Virus record (IMG/VR): IMGVR_UViG_3300032738_000111
Coordinates: 1 to 64,000 of that record
Length of the DNA: 64,000 nt
Strand: one strand, 5' to 3'
Source: a virus
Positions 8,747 through 17,636 of the stretch are shown in pieces. Within the stretch, counting starts at the first letter, position 1. Each line of letters opens with the position of its first letter. Under the pieces are notes generated by a model. The model was not told the origin of the DNA and made no database searches. It worked only from the letters and a program-made list of their open reading frames with translations. Position numbers and translations under genes: made by a program.

Positions 8747-8775
8747 ACTATACAGGAAATGAGAATACTTGTCAA
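8747..8775 (-). promoter_or_regulatory. Sigma70-type promoter for RHH-HNH cassette
   Basis: TTGACA-17 nt-TATAGT. Confidence 0.7.
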
Positions 8776-9512
8776 GGGCCGCACGAAGATTTCTGACTGG
8801 CCTCCGCCACAACCCGCGCCGCCGTAGCTTCCGCAGACTTCGGGTTCGTGTCAAAGCCTATCCATCGCCGCCCGTACTTCGCAGCAGCAACCGCCGTCGT
8901 GCCGGAACCCATGAATGGGTCGAGCACTATGTCACCTTCGTTGCTCGACGCCTTCACAATTCGTTCTACTATCTGCAATGGTACCCGTTTCCCCCAGTTG
9001 CCCTCCTGCTCCGGCGAGTTCTGTGGAGCCTCATATTCCCACCAGTCGTATGTCTCGTCGGCATGGAAAGTGTAGCCATCCCCCTTAGTCAGAAAGATGA
9101 TTGCGCGGTGCGCCCGCTTCCAGTTGCGTTGCGGGTCCTCAGTCGCATACGGATATACCCAAGTGGCCTCATGTGGATGCACCCATGTCAACCAGCGGCG
9201 GAAGGTCAGCGGCAAGTCTTGGATCATCGCCAGCCAATCAGCGCAACACTCCGGCAGGTGCTTGAGGTACAGGCTACCCCCTTCGGCCAGCACTCGCGCA
9301 CATTCGCTAATCCAGCTTCGGCACCAATCGCGGTATTCCTCGGCGGGATAGCTGGCACCAGCGGCATAGTGCGGCGCGTCGGTGAAGATAAGGTCAACCG
9401 AGTTTGGGTGCAGGCAGCGCAGGCCCTCGAGTATGTCAAGGCAATGGACTTTGCCGCAGGACAGGCCGATAGAGGGTTCGGTATTGGTGGGCTGGACTGC
9501 AACCTGAGACAC
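8772..9512 (-). CDS. N4-C/N6-A DNA methyltransferase (beta class), variant catalytic motif
   Basis: VDLIFTDAPHY (in place of DPPY) and VLDPFMGSGTT. Confidence 0.8.
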   Translation of the reverse strand: MSQVAVQPTNTEPSIGLSCGKVHCLDILEGLRCLHPNSVDLIFTDAPHYAAGASYPAEEYRDWCRSWISECARVLAEGGSLYLKHLPECCADWLAMIQDLPLTFRRWLTWVHPHEATWVYPYATEDPQRNWKRAHRAIIFLTKGDGYTFHADETYDWWEYEAPQNSPEQEGNWGKRVPLQIVERIVKASSNEGDIVLDPFMGSGTTAVAAAKYGRRWIGFDTNPKSAEATAARVVAEASQKSSCGP

Positions 9513-9556
9513 GGTCGCGGCCTTCTTTCGGTAGCAAGGTTGTCAAGGTGCGGGGT

Positions 9557-9590
9557 GTAGAAAGGGGGCCGCGTTTTGAGCGACCCCCTT
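9557..9590 (-). terminator. Intrinsic terminator
   Basis: AAGGGGGTCGC...GCGGCCCCCTTTCT. Confidence 0.6.
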
Positions 9591-9612
9591 GCATCCTGTT
9601 CGTGCTTATGGA

Positions 9613-10326
9613 CTACGCATACACAGTCGGCGGCACGGGATTGGAATGGGCAACTGGCCGTAATGGTGTCGGGTCGCTTCGCTGCTTTTCCGTAGCCACC
9701 AGCCGGATGCTGATAGTCGTCGTGTACGATTCGTCGTAGTCCATTGAGCAGACCGTTACGAACTCTTGGTCGCTGTGACCAGACAGGCCAGTTATGCCGG
9801 CAGTTCCTCCATCAGTCGTTGAGAGTATTTCGACTTGGCCTGATGGACTGTCTGACAAGGTGCTTCGCATGACATTATGAGCAACTACCGGACTATAGCT
9901 AGGCGTAGTGTATGTCGTCCATGTGTGCTGATATGCTATTGGTTCCCCCCAGGGCTTGGGCCAGGTTCCGTCGTGCCAGAAATACAGATTAGCCTTCTCT
10001 GCCTTGAATGCGACTTGGACTAGGCCATAACTGTCGGCGACAATGTCAGCCTGTCCGCTTTCCTGCGCATCCCCCGTATCCGCCTTGTAGAACGTAAACC
10101 GCTTGTCCTCGTTGGGCGGTCTTTCGAGTGTGATGCTGGAATTGGCATCTATGCGGAAGCTACCGATTGGCTTCCCGTCAATCGTCACCTCCGCGTCGCA
10201 CGATACACCCCTACTGTTCCTGAGTACGAGCGTGTACTGCTTGCCATGATTCAGTTCTACATACCCCGACTCTTTTTCGGTACCTTCTGGCACCCTGACG
10301 CTGAAACTGTTCAAGTACATTTTCAT
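9613..10326 (-). CDS. Beta-rich hypothetical protein in a self-contained transcription unit
   Basis: 237 aa; AAGGAG RBS; flanked by promoter and terminator. Confidence 0.75.
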   Translation of the reverse strand: MKMYLNSFSVRVPEGTEKESGYVELNHGKQYTLVLRNSRGVSCDAEVTIDGKPIGSFRIDANSSITLERPPNEDKRFTFYKADTGDAQESGQADIVADSYGLVQVAFKAEKANLYFWHDGTWPKPWGEPIAYQHTWTTYTTPSYSPVVAHNVMRSTLSDSPSGQVEILSTTDGGTAGITGLSGHSDQEFVTVCSMDYDESYTTTISIRLVATEKQRSDPTPLRPVAHSNPVPPTVYA

Positions 10327-10371
10327 CGCTCCTTAGGCTTGTGTTGGCCGTTCAGGATTTGTACTGCGCTT

Positions 10372-10411
10372 ATTGTAGAAGGGGCCGCGCTGTTAGTCAA
10401 CCCGGCCCCCT
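10372..10411 (-). promoter_or_regulatory. Sigma70 promoter overlapping a terminator-like hairpin
   Basis: TTGACT-17 nt-TACAAT inside a GGGGCCG/CGGCCCC inverted repeat. Confidence 0.6.
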
Positions 10412-10430
10412 CGTTACTCACGTCAACGGC

Positions 10431-10841
10431 TTACTGCGTGCTTATGGCCGGCCTCTTCACACTGAACCGCGCGATGATGTGCGTGTTCACGAAAGTCTGG
10501 CCTTCGCCGCTGCAGACGGTGCTAACGAAGATGTTCTCCGCAGCGGTGGTGCAATCAATCCAACGATACGTCGAGGAAATGCTCGTGAACGCCAGGCCCG
10601 CAGCCGGTACAGCCGTCGAACTAGGCGCGGAGCAAACCAGATTCCCGTCGGTATCGTTCAACTGCCAGGTTGTCACGTTCGTGGTGCCAGCAGCTTCGTT
10701 GGTCTCCGAGTATATGTAGCAGTCCTCCAAGTAGTAAAGGTAACCTGCCGGCAGTCTCGTGTGCCACTGGTAAGTATCCTCGGTGCTATGAATAGTCAGC
10801 GCACCGATGTTGAAGTCTCTCACTATCTGATTCGGAACCAT
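10431..10841 (-). CDS. Hypothetical protein, possible capsid decoration/accessory virion protein
   Basis: Thr-rich, beta-rich 136 aa ORF directly after the capsid gene; AGGAGAG RBS. Confidence 0.5.
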   Translation of the reverse strand: MVPNQIVRDFNIGALTIHSTEDTYQWHTRLPAGYLYYLEDCYIYSETNEAAGTTNVTTWQLNDTDGNLVCSAPSSTAVPAAGLAFTSISSTYRWIDCTTAAENIFVSTVCSGEGQTFVNTHIIARFSVKRPAISTQ

Positions 10842-10969
10842 GTTGCTCTCCTGTTTGTATTGTGCCGCTGCTGACTACGCCGCGACATGTAGGCAGTACG
10901 CCCCAGGCGCTCTATATGGCCGCCTGACAACGGTGTTCTTGGCAGCCCTGGCGACCCCTCGGAATAGAG

Positions 10970-10997
10970 GAGGGTCGGGGGTTTAGCCCCGACCCTC
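10970..10997 (-). terminator. Strong hairpin after major capsid gene
   Basis: GAGGGTCGGGG/CCCCGACCCTC 11 bp stem, weak U-tract. Confidence 0.55.
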
Positions 10998-11076
10998 ACG
11001 GATGCTGTGACTACTAACCGGGCGAACCCGGTTAATGTCGTGGCAGAGCATCCGCCCCATACGTATTGGGACGCGG

Positions 11077-12585
11077 TTACGGAGTGATGTTGTAACCGTG
11101 GCCGGTGGTTACATCCGTTGTACCATACATGTGAGTAAAAGACCCACGCCATACGGCCAGGATGTTAGAACGACCCTTCATCGGTTCGCGCACCAGCTCG
11201 ATAGTCAGGTTGCGCCGGTCAGCGAACAACCACGTCTGCTTGGGCACGACGAGCAGAGAGGTGGTGGTCAGAGTAGTCCCGTCGTACTTGCCGGTTGCGG
11301 CCAGGTTCGTCGGTATCCAGGCTGAGGAGACAATCGGAGAACCGAAGAAGTCCCCCACTTGGCCCGTCAGGACCGTGCGGTCGCCGAGTTCCGTGTTGCG
11401 CATGAACACGACCGTCTTGTTGGTGGTGTTGTCAACGAGCGTATAAGTCTTCGCCCGCAACTTGCTGGGGATTATGACGACTACATCCTCCAGCGGCTCC
11501 AGATACTCCTGGTTCATCGCGGTAAAGATGGACAGCAGGTTATCGCCGTTGTATGTGGCCAGGTCCTTGCTCGCCGTCGTGGTGACGTTGAGGGCATAGT
11601 CGCGCAAGCCATTCCAGGCCTTGCGGCGGTCGATGGTGCTAACCACATTCGTATCCATGTGCGTAGTTGCGTCATCACCTGAGATGACAGCCTCTTCGAT
11701 GGCCTCGCCCATAATCCGCGCGATGGTCTTGCGCAGTTCGGGCAGGAGGGGAACGATACTGTCTTCCTCTGCCTCTTCCGAGTAGGAAATCAGCGCGGCT
11801 AGCTTTTTTGCGGCTAGGCTACGGCTGGCCGTGGCCGGCGTAGTGCGCTCATACTCGGCGGGGGCGTCATCTTCTGCCTCCCCCTGCAGGTAGGCAGTGC
11901 CACCAGTAAGGCCGAACGGCAGCGTGAACGCATCCTTCGGCTGCTCGATACGCGGGAAGAGTGCCGTCACCACAAGCTGCTTGTGGATAGCTTCCACGAG
12001 CTCGGAGCTGTACTCAGTCGGGCACCATTCCAAGCCCTCAGCAGTGGTCGCGGTATCAATAGCCTTAGCCATGAGTGGATTGCTTTCGGTCAGTCGCCGG
12101 TAGTATTCCAACCGTGCAACTGGCACCGGATTGCCAATCTCGCCGCGAATAACGGACATGGTATAGAGGTCATCCCATACTGTCTTGAACGCCTTTTCGC
12201 TCTCATCCTGCGCAGGCTCGCGAATCGCCCGCTGAATCTCGGGCATTGACTTCATCCGGCTAACTCGGTCGTAGGCTATCCGGCTTTCGTCGGGGTCAAC
12301 ATCAGGACGCTGGAACTCGGCCAGCTTCTGCGACAGGTCGGCATTCTCTTTCCTGTCCTCACCAGCCTGTGTGGCGAACTCGGTTACTTGCTTCTCAAGG
12401 GCTTCGATGTCCTCGCGCGTCACACTGTCAGCGTCAACCTGGTCGGCGCGTTCTTTATCAGCAGCAGACGCCTTCATGATACTGGCGGCGTGCTCCTGCG
12501 CACCTGCGATTTCCTCGTCGGTCACTTCGGCCACAGGCTTATCAAGCGCCTCGGCAACCTTCTCTCTCAGTGCTTCGTTATCCAT
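11077..12585 (-). CDS. Major capsid protein (HK97 fold) with N-terminal scaffold (delta) region
   Basis: Coiled-coil N-terminus; GLEWCPTEYSSELVE; KKLAALISYSEEAEEDS; EEAVISGD; position after the protease. Confidence 0.9.
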   Translation of the reverse strand: MDNEALREKVAEALDKPVAEVTDEEIAGAQEHAASIMKASAADKERADQVDADSVTREDIEALEKQVTEFATQAGEDRKENADLSQKLAEFQRPDVDPDESRIAYDRVSRMKSMPEIQRAIREPAQDESEKAFKTVWDDLYTMSVIRGEIGNPVPVARLEYYRRLTESNPLMAKAIDTATTAEGLEWCPTEYSSELVEAIHKQLVVTALFPRIEQPKDAFTLPFGLTGGTAYLQGEAEDDAPAEYERTTPATASRSLAAKKLAALISYSEEAEEDSIVPLLPELRKTIARIMGEAIEEAVISGDDATTHMDTNVVSTIDRRKAWNGLRDYALNVTTTASKDLATYNGDNLLSIFTAMNQEYLEPLEDVVVIIPSKLRAKTYTLVDNTTNKTVVFMRNTELGDRTVLTGQVGDFFGSPIVSSAWIPTNLAATGKYDGTTLTTTSLLVVPKQTWLFADRRNLTIELVREPMKGRSNILAVWRGSFTHMYGTTDVTTGHGYNITP

Positions 12586-12657
12586 GTTGGATATTCGGTT
12601 TCCTTTTGATGTAGCCCTACTATAGTGCCCCTTGATATTGCATTGCTGCTATACTGC

Positions 12658-13875
12658 TTACGGCTTGCCAGCGAAATGCACTGGCCTCTTCTCGCGTATC
12701 TGCCAGCCGGATAGGTCTCCAACCTGCCCGTCCTCGCCTGCCGCTGTCACATCGGGCTGCAACAGTCGGTCAAGCTGCTCACGGGCTTCCGCGAGGCGTG
12801 CTATGTAATCGGCAGATAGGTCTCTGCCTTCCTTCCGCCAATGGGTAGTGATATTGCCTACTGATATGAGGCCGGTGCGGACTGCCTCAATGTCATCCTC
12901 GAAGCGTTGTTCCTCTGATAGCTCCTCTTCACCGGCCTTCCATATCGCTGCGCCGTCGTCCGCCTTCTCGGGGAATGGCTTGTCAAACTTCGCGTAATAC
13001 TTCTTCGCGTGGGAAAGACAACGGGCTTTGTCAGCATCAGGGATGTCAACCCCTCCGCGCGCCCCGTGCAAAGCACCAACCGCAGCCGCTATGCCACGCC
13101 AGACTGCCGATAGCTCACCGTCAACGATGTCGGCAAAGCCCAGCTTGTACGCGCCGAGGGCTTGCTTGTCGGCGCTGTCATACCAGAGGAAGGCCTTCCG
13201 ATACAACGTCCAGTCCATGTCTTCGCCATTAGCCCAGTTGCGGACACGCTTGCTGGCTCCGCGCTTATCCCAAGGGCGTTCCTCGTCTGCCAACGGGAGG
13301 TCGCCGAACGGGACTGCGCCGAGTTCAATGTCAGGGGCGATGGTCTGCTGCTCCATGTCCAGGCCGAGCGACTTCGCAAAGGCCATAGTGGCACCAGGAT
13401 TAGCAGGTATCGAAACTAGAGCTGTCTCCAGCCAGTCGATTCGCCTCCAGACCTTGATGCCGTCGTCGCGGTCCTCGAAATCGGGTGTTCCGTCTGGATG
13501 CGGACCGTAGAGGGATGAATATGGGCTAAACCCTATGGAGAGGCAACGAATCACCTTGTCGCGAACTAGATTGAGCGCCTTTCCTGCTTGTTCTGTTGCA
13601 TCTGTCAGATATACTTGGATACTTGTTTCCCGCTCAGTAACCCGCGCGTCGCGTGCATAGCCAATTGGTTCGTATGTATCATGTTGCCACGTCATTAGGG
13701 GGTTTGCCATGTAACGGTCAACAGTCTCTGCCATTGCCTCGCTAGCTACTATTTCGCGAGTGCGGTCCTCTTGCGGAGTGCTGCAAGTAGCCCAGAATGT
13801 CCTACTCTCCTCGTCAAATTCCTTGACCTCCATCGGCATGACATTGATACGGTCAAAGGCGTTCATGTTAGACAT
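12658..13875 (-). CDS. HK97-type prohead protease fused to an additional phage domain
   Basis: WQHD..EPIG, LSIGF, ETALVSIPANPGA; C-terminal YRKAFLWYD...YKLGFADIVDG...GARGGVDIP domain. Confidence 0.88.
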   Translation of the reverse strand: MSNMNAFDRINVMPMEVKEFDEESRTFWATCSTPQEDRTREIVASEAMAETVDRYMANPLMTWQHDTYEPIGYARDARVTERETSIQVYLTDATEQAGKALNLVRDKVIRCLSIGFSPYSSLYGPHPDGTPDFEDRDDGIKVWRRIDWLETALVSIPANPGATMAFAKSLGLDMEQQTIAPDIELGAVPFGDLPLADEERPWDKRGASKRVRNWANGEDMDWTLYRKAFLWYDSADKQALGAYKLGFADIVDGELSAVWRGIAAAVGALHGARGGVDIPDADKARCLSHAKKYYAKFDKPFPEKADDGAAIWKAGEEELSEEQRFEDDIEAVRTGLISVGNITTHWRKEGRDLSADYIARLAEAREQLDRLLQPDVTAAGEDGQVGDLSGWQIREKRPVHFAGKP

Positions 13876-14022
13876 GTGTAGCTCCTCTTATTCCGCCCCT
13901 GAGTTCGATTGGTTGTCAGTCAAGGATGTTCGGCTCTTCGGGCTGCCTACATTAGTTTTGACAGGGCCGTCGCCCCGTCTCACCGCGCAGACTCAACATA
14001 GGCAGCCGGAAGGGCCGCGTGT

Positions 14023-14295
14023 TCACTCATATTCCATCGCTCGCCGTCCACTGTGCCACAGTGCGTGTATGTTCTCCCTCATTTCCTCCAAGCCTTCGTC
14101 CGTCCATTCGTAGGGGCTATCATCATCGCTTGCCATGATTTCGTCAGCGGATGGCATATTCCACGAACTCATCTCAGGAAGCATCGGGGTAACAACTGGG
14201 CCTACTGCGGCTTGTGGCAATATCACGTAAGCAGCAGATGACGTGTATTGCTTCAGTGTGCAGACCTTGAATTGTTGGGATAGCATCTCAATCAC
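14023..14295 (-). CDS. Hypothetical protein
   Basis: 90 aa co-oriented ORF. Confidence 0.45.
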   Translation of the reverse strand: MIEMLSQQFKVCTLKQYTSSAAYVILPQAAVGPVVTPMLPEMSSWNMPSADEIMASDDDSPYEWTDEGLEEMRENIHALWHSGRRAMEYE

Positions 14296-14322
14296 CTGTT
14301 CGCCTATTGCGTATACTCGTTC

Positions 14323-14649
14323 CTATTCCGCGAACGGTTCGCGCAGGGTAAATAGGCGGCGCAGGCTGATAGGCTTGCCCTTGTAATCGCCGTCTATGTT
14401 CAACCGCGTGTCCGCCTCGCTGTGATAATACCAGAAGCGCCTACCTACTCGCGCTGCAAGGAATAGGTAGCGGTGTAGCCCCCACCGAAAGTCGCCCGAT
14501 AGTCCATACCGCACCCGCAAACAGGTCAACATAAATGGGCCTACGTTGACACTGAAGTTGGGCCAAGGACGCTCAATGATGAACGGTATGGTCATAGTTG
14601 TTGTTGCCGCCTGCGCACTATTGCCTATTGACGTCGGCCCGCCCCACAT
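14323..14649 (-). CDS. Hypothetical protein
   Basis: Start placed at MWGG directly after the upstream stop. Confidence 0.5.
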   Translation of the reverse strand: MWGGPTSIGNSAQAATTTMTIPFIIERPWPNFSVNVGPFMLTCLRVRYGLSGDFRWGLHRYLFLAARVGRRFWYYHSEADTRLNIDGDYKGKPISLRRLFTLREPFAE

Positions 14650-14650
14650 A

Positions 14651-14848
14651 TCAAACCCCATTCCCTTCCCGCTCGGCCAGCCCCCGCTGATACCCTTTCT
14701 CCTCAGCCTGCTCCATGCACTTCTGGCATACATCAACTCGAAAGGAAGGCAGCGCATTCTCGTCCCCACGGGTAGAGGTTGTTTGATTGCACAACCCTGC
14801 CCCACAAGTATTGCACCAGACATCAACTACAACCGACAGGTCGGGCAT
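14651..14848 (-). CDS. Small zinc-finger protein, paralogue family C
   Basis: WCNTCGAGLCNQT...RVDVCQKC...GYQRG. Confidence 0.7.
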   Translation of the reverse strand: MPDLSVVVDVWCNTCGAGLCNQTTSTRGDENALPSFRVDVCQKCMEQAEEKGYQRGLAEREGNGV

Positions 14849-14867
14849 CGTAGCGTGGCCTCCTCGC

Positions 14868-15128
14868 TCAAGCCTGCAACATTTCCCTCAGTATCGCCTT
14901 CTCGTCCTCGTGCATGTTTGCCAGGGCCTCGCCGAGCTTCCCGACAGCAGACGCCGCTCCCCGCCTGTAGCCTGCTTCGTCAGCCCGCGCCAGGCAGTGC
15001 TTGCATGTGTTGACGCGGATGGCGGGTATCTGTCTCTCGTCCCCAGGCGTACATACCGTCTGATTGCACAGGCCCGCGTTGCAGACATTACAGCAGACAT
15101 TGATTTCGGTCGCCACTGTTGCTGGCAT
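14868..15128 (-). CDS. Small zinc-finger protein, paralogue family C
   Basis: CCNVCNAGLCNQT...RVNTCKHC...GYRRG. Confidence 0.7.
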   Translation of the reverse strand: MPATVATEINVCCNVCNAGLCNQTVCTPGDERQIPAIRVNTCKHCLARADEAGYRRGAASAVGKLGEALANMHEDEKAILREMLQA

Positions 15129-15507
15129 GGTTGGCCCCTCTATTCTTGGTTCCGCCCGTTGACTTCTTTACTAGGGGCCTCCCGCTCCGGCGCTCGAGGT
15201 GCCTGTCGGCAAGTTGCTCGAGAAGGTGTATTGCGCCGACTAGCTTCCTACCGCGCGGTAAACCAACGTATATATTCTCGTTAGTAAGTATCGTACGCAA
15301 TTTGTTTGCCGCGAATCGCAATAGCCTTACCTCGGTAGCCTTCTGCCCAGCGAGCCGATGGCCCTCCGCAACAGTCTTGGGTTGCAGCCTGGCCTGGCCG
15401 GAGAGCTGCGCGCTAATGTAGTTCCGGGTAACATGCAGGACCTCGGCGATTGAGTTCACGCTGACGCCGCTCGCCTCGAGAAATTCCTTGAATTCTGTGT
15501 TAGTCAT
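15088..15507 (-). CDS. HTH DNA-binding protein
   Basis: FKEFLEASGVSVNSIAEVLHVTRNYISAQLSG. Confidence 0.65.
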   Translation of the reverse strand: MTNTEFKEFLEASGVSVNSIAEVLHVTRNYISAQLSGQARLQPKTVAEGHRLAGQKATEVRLLRFAANKLRTILTNENIYVGLPRGRKLVGAIHLLEQLADRHLERRSGRPLVKKSTGGTKNRGANHASNSGDRNQCLL

Positions 15508-15527
15508 TTCGCCCCAGACCCCTGTGC

Positions 15528-17627
15528 CTACACTACCGGCAATAATACACAACGACAGTTGATAATGTTCCCCGCGCTACCTTTCGGGTCGCCGGGATGG
15601 TCGAGTGCCTGCCCTGATACTATGAACGGCTTGTCTATCAATACCGCCTGCCCATTAGCAGCAACGTGGTTATACCTATCTCCCGGCTTGAGTCCGCGCA
15701 CCTTCTCATCAAGCGCGGTCAGCCACTCCTTCTTCTCTATGTCGTTCTGCCGATAGCCCTCGAGCGCACCCTTGTTGTTCGCCCCGACCGTCTCAGTCCG
15801 TGCTACCCGCTCGGCCTTATAGCGTTCGTACCCAGGCTCCATGTCGCGAATGCGGCTTGCCATTTCCGGTACGCCGACGCCTTCGTTGACCGCCTCCTGC
15901 AGCACCACGCGCAGGTCAGTGAACATAGTCTCTGGTAGCGTGGTAATCTTTAGCCGCTTCTCCCCAAGCCACTGCATTACCTCGGGTCTGCCTATGTCCC
16001 AAGCCCCGCCGCCGATGTCGGCCAAGGCACGCTGCCCACCTAGCTCCAGCCCCTCTTCAACGTGCGGCATGATCCCCGCTACCCAGCGCTCGGCCTGCTC
16101 ATCGGTGAATATCTCGCGCAGGATACTGTCCGGCGTCGGCACCGTAGCCTTGAGGTGCTTGTCGTCCTCCTCGGCAAGCGCGGCCAGTACTTCGTCCAGT
16201 GCCTCGATATAGAGCGCGGCCATCGTCTTGTGGAAGCGTTCCTCTAGCAGGCGCAGGCTATTGTCAAAAGCCCTCCAGTATTCGACATGCTGCGCGCTAC
16301 CAAACTCCCCGAACCTGCCCTTGTTCTCCGGCGGCGATTGCTTGATATGCCAGGGGGTTGCGGCAGCCTTAGGCGGTGTCGGCTCCTGCTGCGTTGCCTC
16401 CGGTTGCGGCACCGCACCTAGCGGCACCATGTTCATCGGCTGCCACAGCTTCTCGGCGTCGCCACCAAACGGTTCGCGGCCCGTCTCGGCACGGGCTTCA
16501 TCGGGGGTCAGATAAGGCACCCCTACCGCTGGCTGCAACCGTTCCGCCTGCTCATTCCTGCCCTCCTGCAAAGCCTCCACGTCAGAGAAGTCGGGCCTCA
16601 GCTCAAGGTCATTGCCATAACGCGGCACCAACTTCTCATTCAGCCTGCCGAAGGTGTACTTGACCTCAGGCACAATACAGGACTTCCAGTAAATCTCTTC
16701 TTCCTCGTCAGCGCTGGCATAGCTGGCGTTATCAAGGATACCAACGCGGATAGGCGGCACATGGAAGGCGGCGATGATTTCCTCGCGCGTCATCTTGGCT
16801 AGCTCGATGTACTGCCCGTCACGGGAGTTCTTGCCTAGCTCCTGGTATTTGAGATTCTTGCCAGCGATAAACGTCTTGCCCGCCGCTGCATCGCCGCCAT
16901 AAGTGGACTCCCACGCCGCCCGCATTTGCTCCAGCAGCTCTGGCTTTACCTCCCCTTCCGCTGAGAGCATCCCCGACGGGACTGCGCCGCGCTTGAGGAA
17001 CTCATAATTGAACTTGCGCACCCTGTTGTCCAGGTTGATGGACGTTTCAATGGGCTGCACTGCGGACTGCCCGTACAGGTCATTGAGGGGATTCCAGCGG
17101 CGGAAGTGGATTACCTGATGCGGGTCGTAAGGTATTTCGTTCCGCTTGTCGCCAGGCGTTGGGTTATAGACGTACCTCTGGATGGCTTCCTTAGTCGCGA
17201 CAATCCTCACGCGGTCAGGTCGCAGTGGGAAGATGGCGTCAACCCTGCTGCTTGGTGTAGCGCCGCCTACCAATAGCCAGTAGGAATCGCCAGCCAACCT
17301 GCGATAGCCGACCGTCGCCCACATCAATCCCGCCCAGTCATCATCTGCGTTGACGCGGGCAAGCAGGTCAAGCAGCGGGTGTTCCTCTACCGGCTCGCCC
17401 TTCCTGAAGAGGCCATACGGTACCGCCGCGCAGTCATTGCAGATGGCTTCGATGCAAGCAGCTACCCAGACATTGAGCTGGTAGGCCTGAAGGTAATTCT
17501 CTTGGTCTATGGCGGGGCCAGAGTCAGTGATTTTCCAGAGGCTGGCGGCGATAAAATCGGATAGGCTATCAGCAGCCTTAGCGGTGCCACCGAGGAATCG
17601 GCGCAGCCAGAACCAGTCGCGGGCCAT
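15528..17627 (-). CDS. Portal protein (HK97 family) fused to MuF/SPP1 gp7-like head morphogenesis domain
   Basis: PLRPDRV, VIHFR..NP.NDLYGQS, FHVPP..VG; C-terminal AERVARTE, KKEWLTALD, GNIINCRC. Confidence 0.92.
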   Translation of the reverse strand: MARDWFWLRRFLGGTAKAADSLSDFIAASLWKITDSGPAIDQENYLQAYQLNVWVAACIEAICNDCAAVPYGLFRKGEPVEEHPLLDLLARVNADDDWAGLMWATVGYRRLAGDSYWLLVGGATPSSRVDAIFPLRPDRVRIVATKEAIQRYVYNPTPGDKRNEIPYDPHQVIHFRRWNPLNDLYGQSAVQPIETSINLDNRVRKFNYEFLKRGAVPSGMLSAEGEVKPELLEQMRAAWESTYGGDAAAGKTFIAGKNLKYQELGKNSRDGQYIELAKMTREEIIAAFHVPPIRVGILDNASYASADEEEEIYWKSCIVPEVKYTFGRLNEKLVPRYGNDLELRPDFSDVEALQEGRNEQAERLQPAVGVPYLTPDEARAETGREPFGGDAEKLWQPMNMVPLGAVPQPEATQQEPTPPKAAATPWHIKQSPPENKGRFGEFGSAQHVEYWRAFDNSLRLLEERFHKTMAALYIEALDEVLAALAEEDDKHLKATVPTPDSILREIFTDEQAERWVAGIMPHVEEGLELGGQRALADIGGGAWDIGRPEVMQWLGEKRLKITTLPETMFTDLRVVLQEAVNEGVGVPEMASRIRDMEPGYERYKAERVARTETVGANNKGALEGYRQNDIEKKEWLTALDEKVRGLKPGDRYNHVAANGQAVLIDKPFIVSGQALDHPGDPKGSAGNIINCRCVLLPVV

Positions 17628-17636
17628 AGGGTAACC

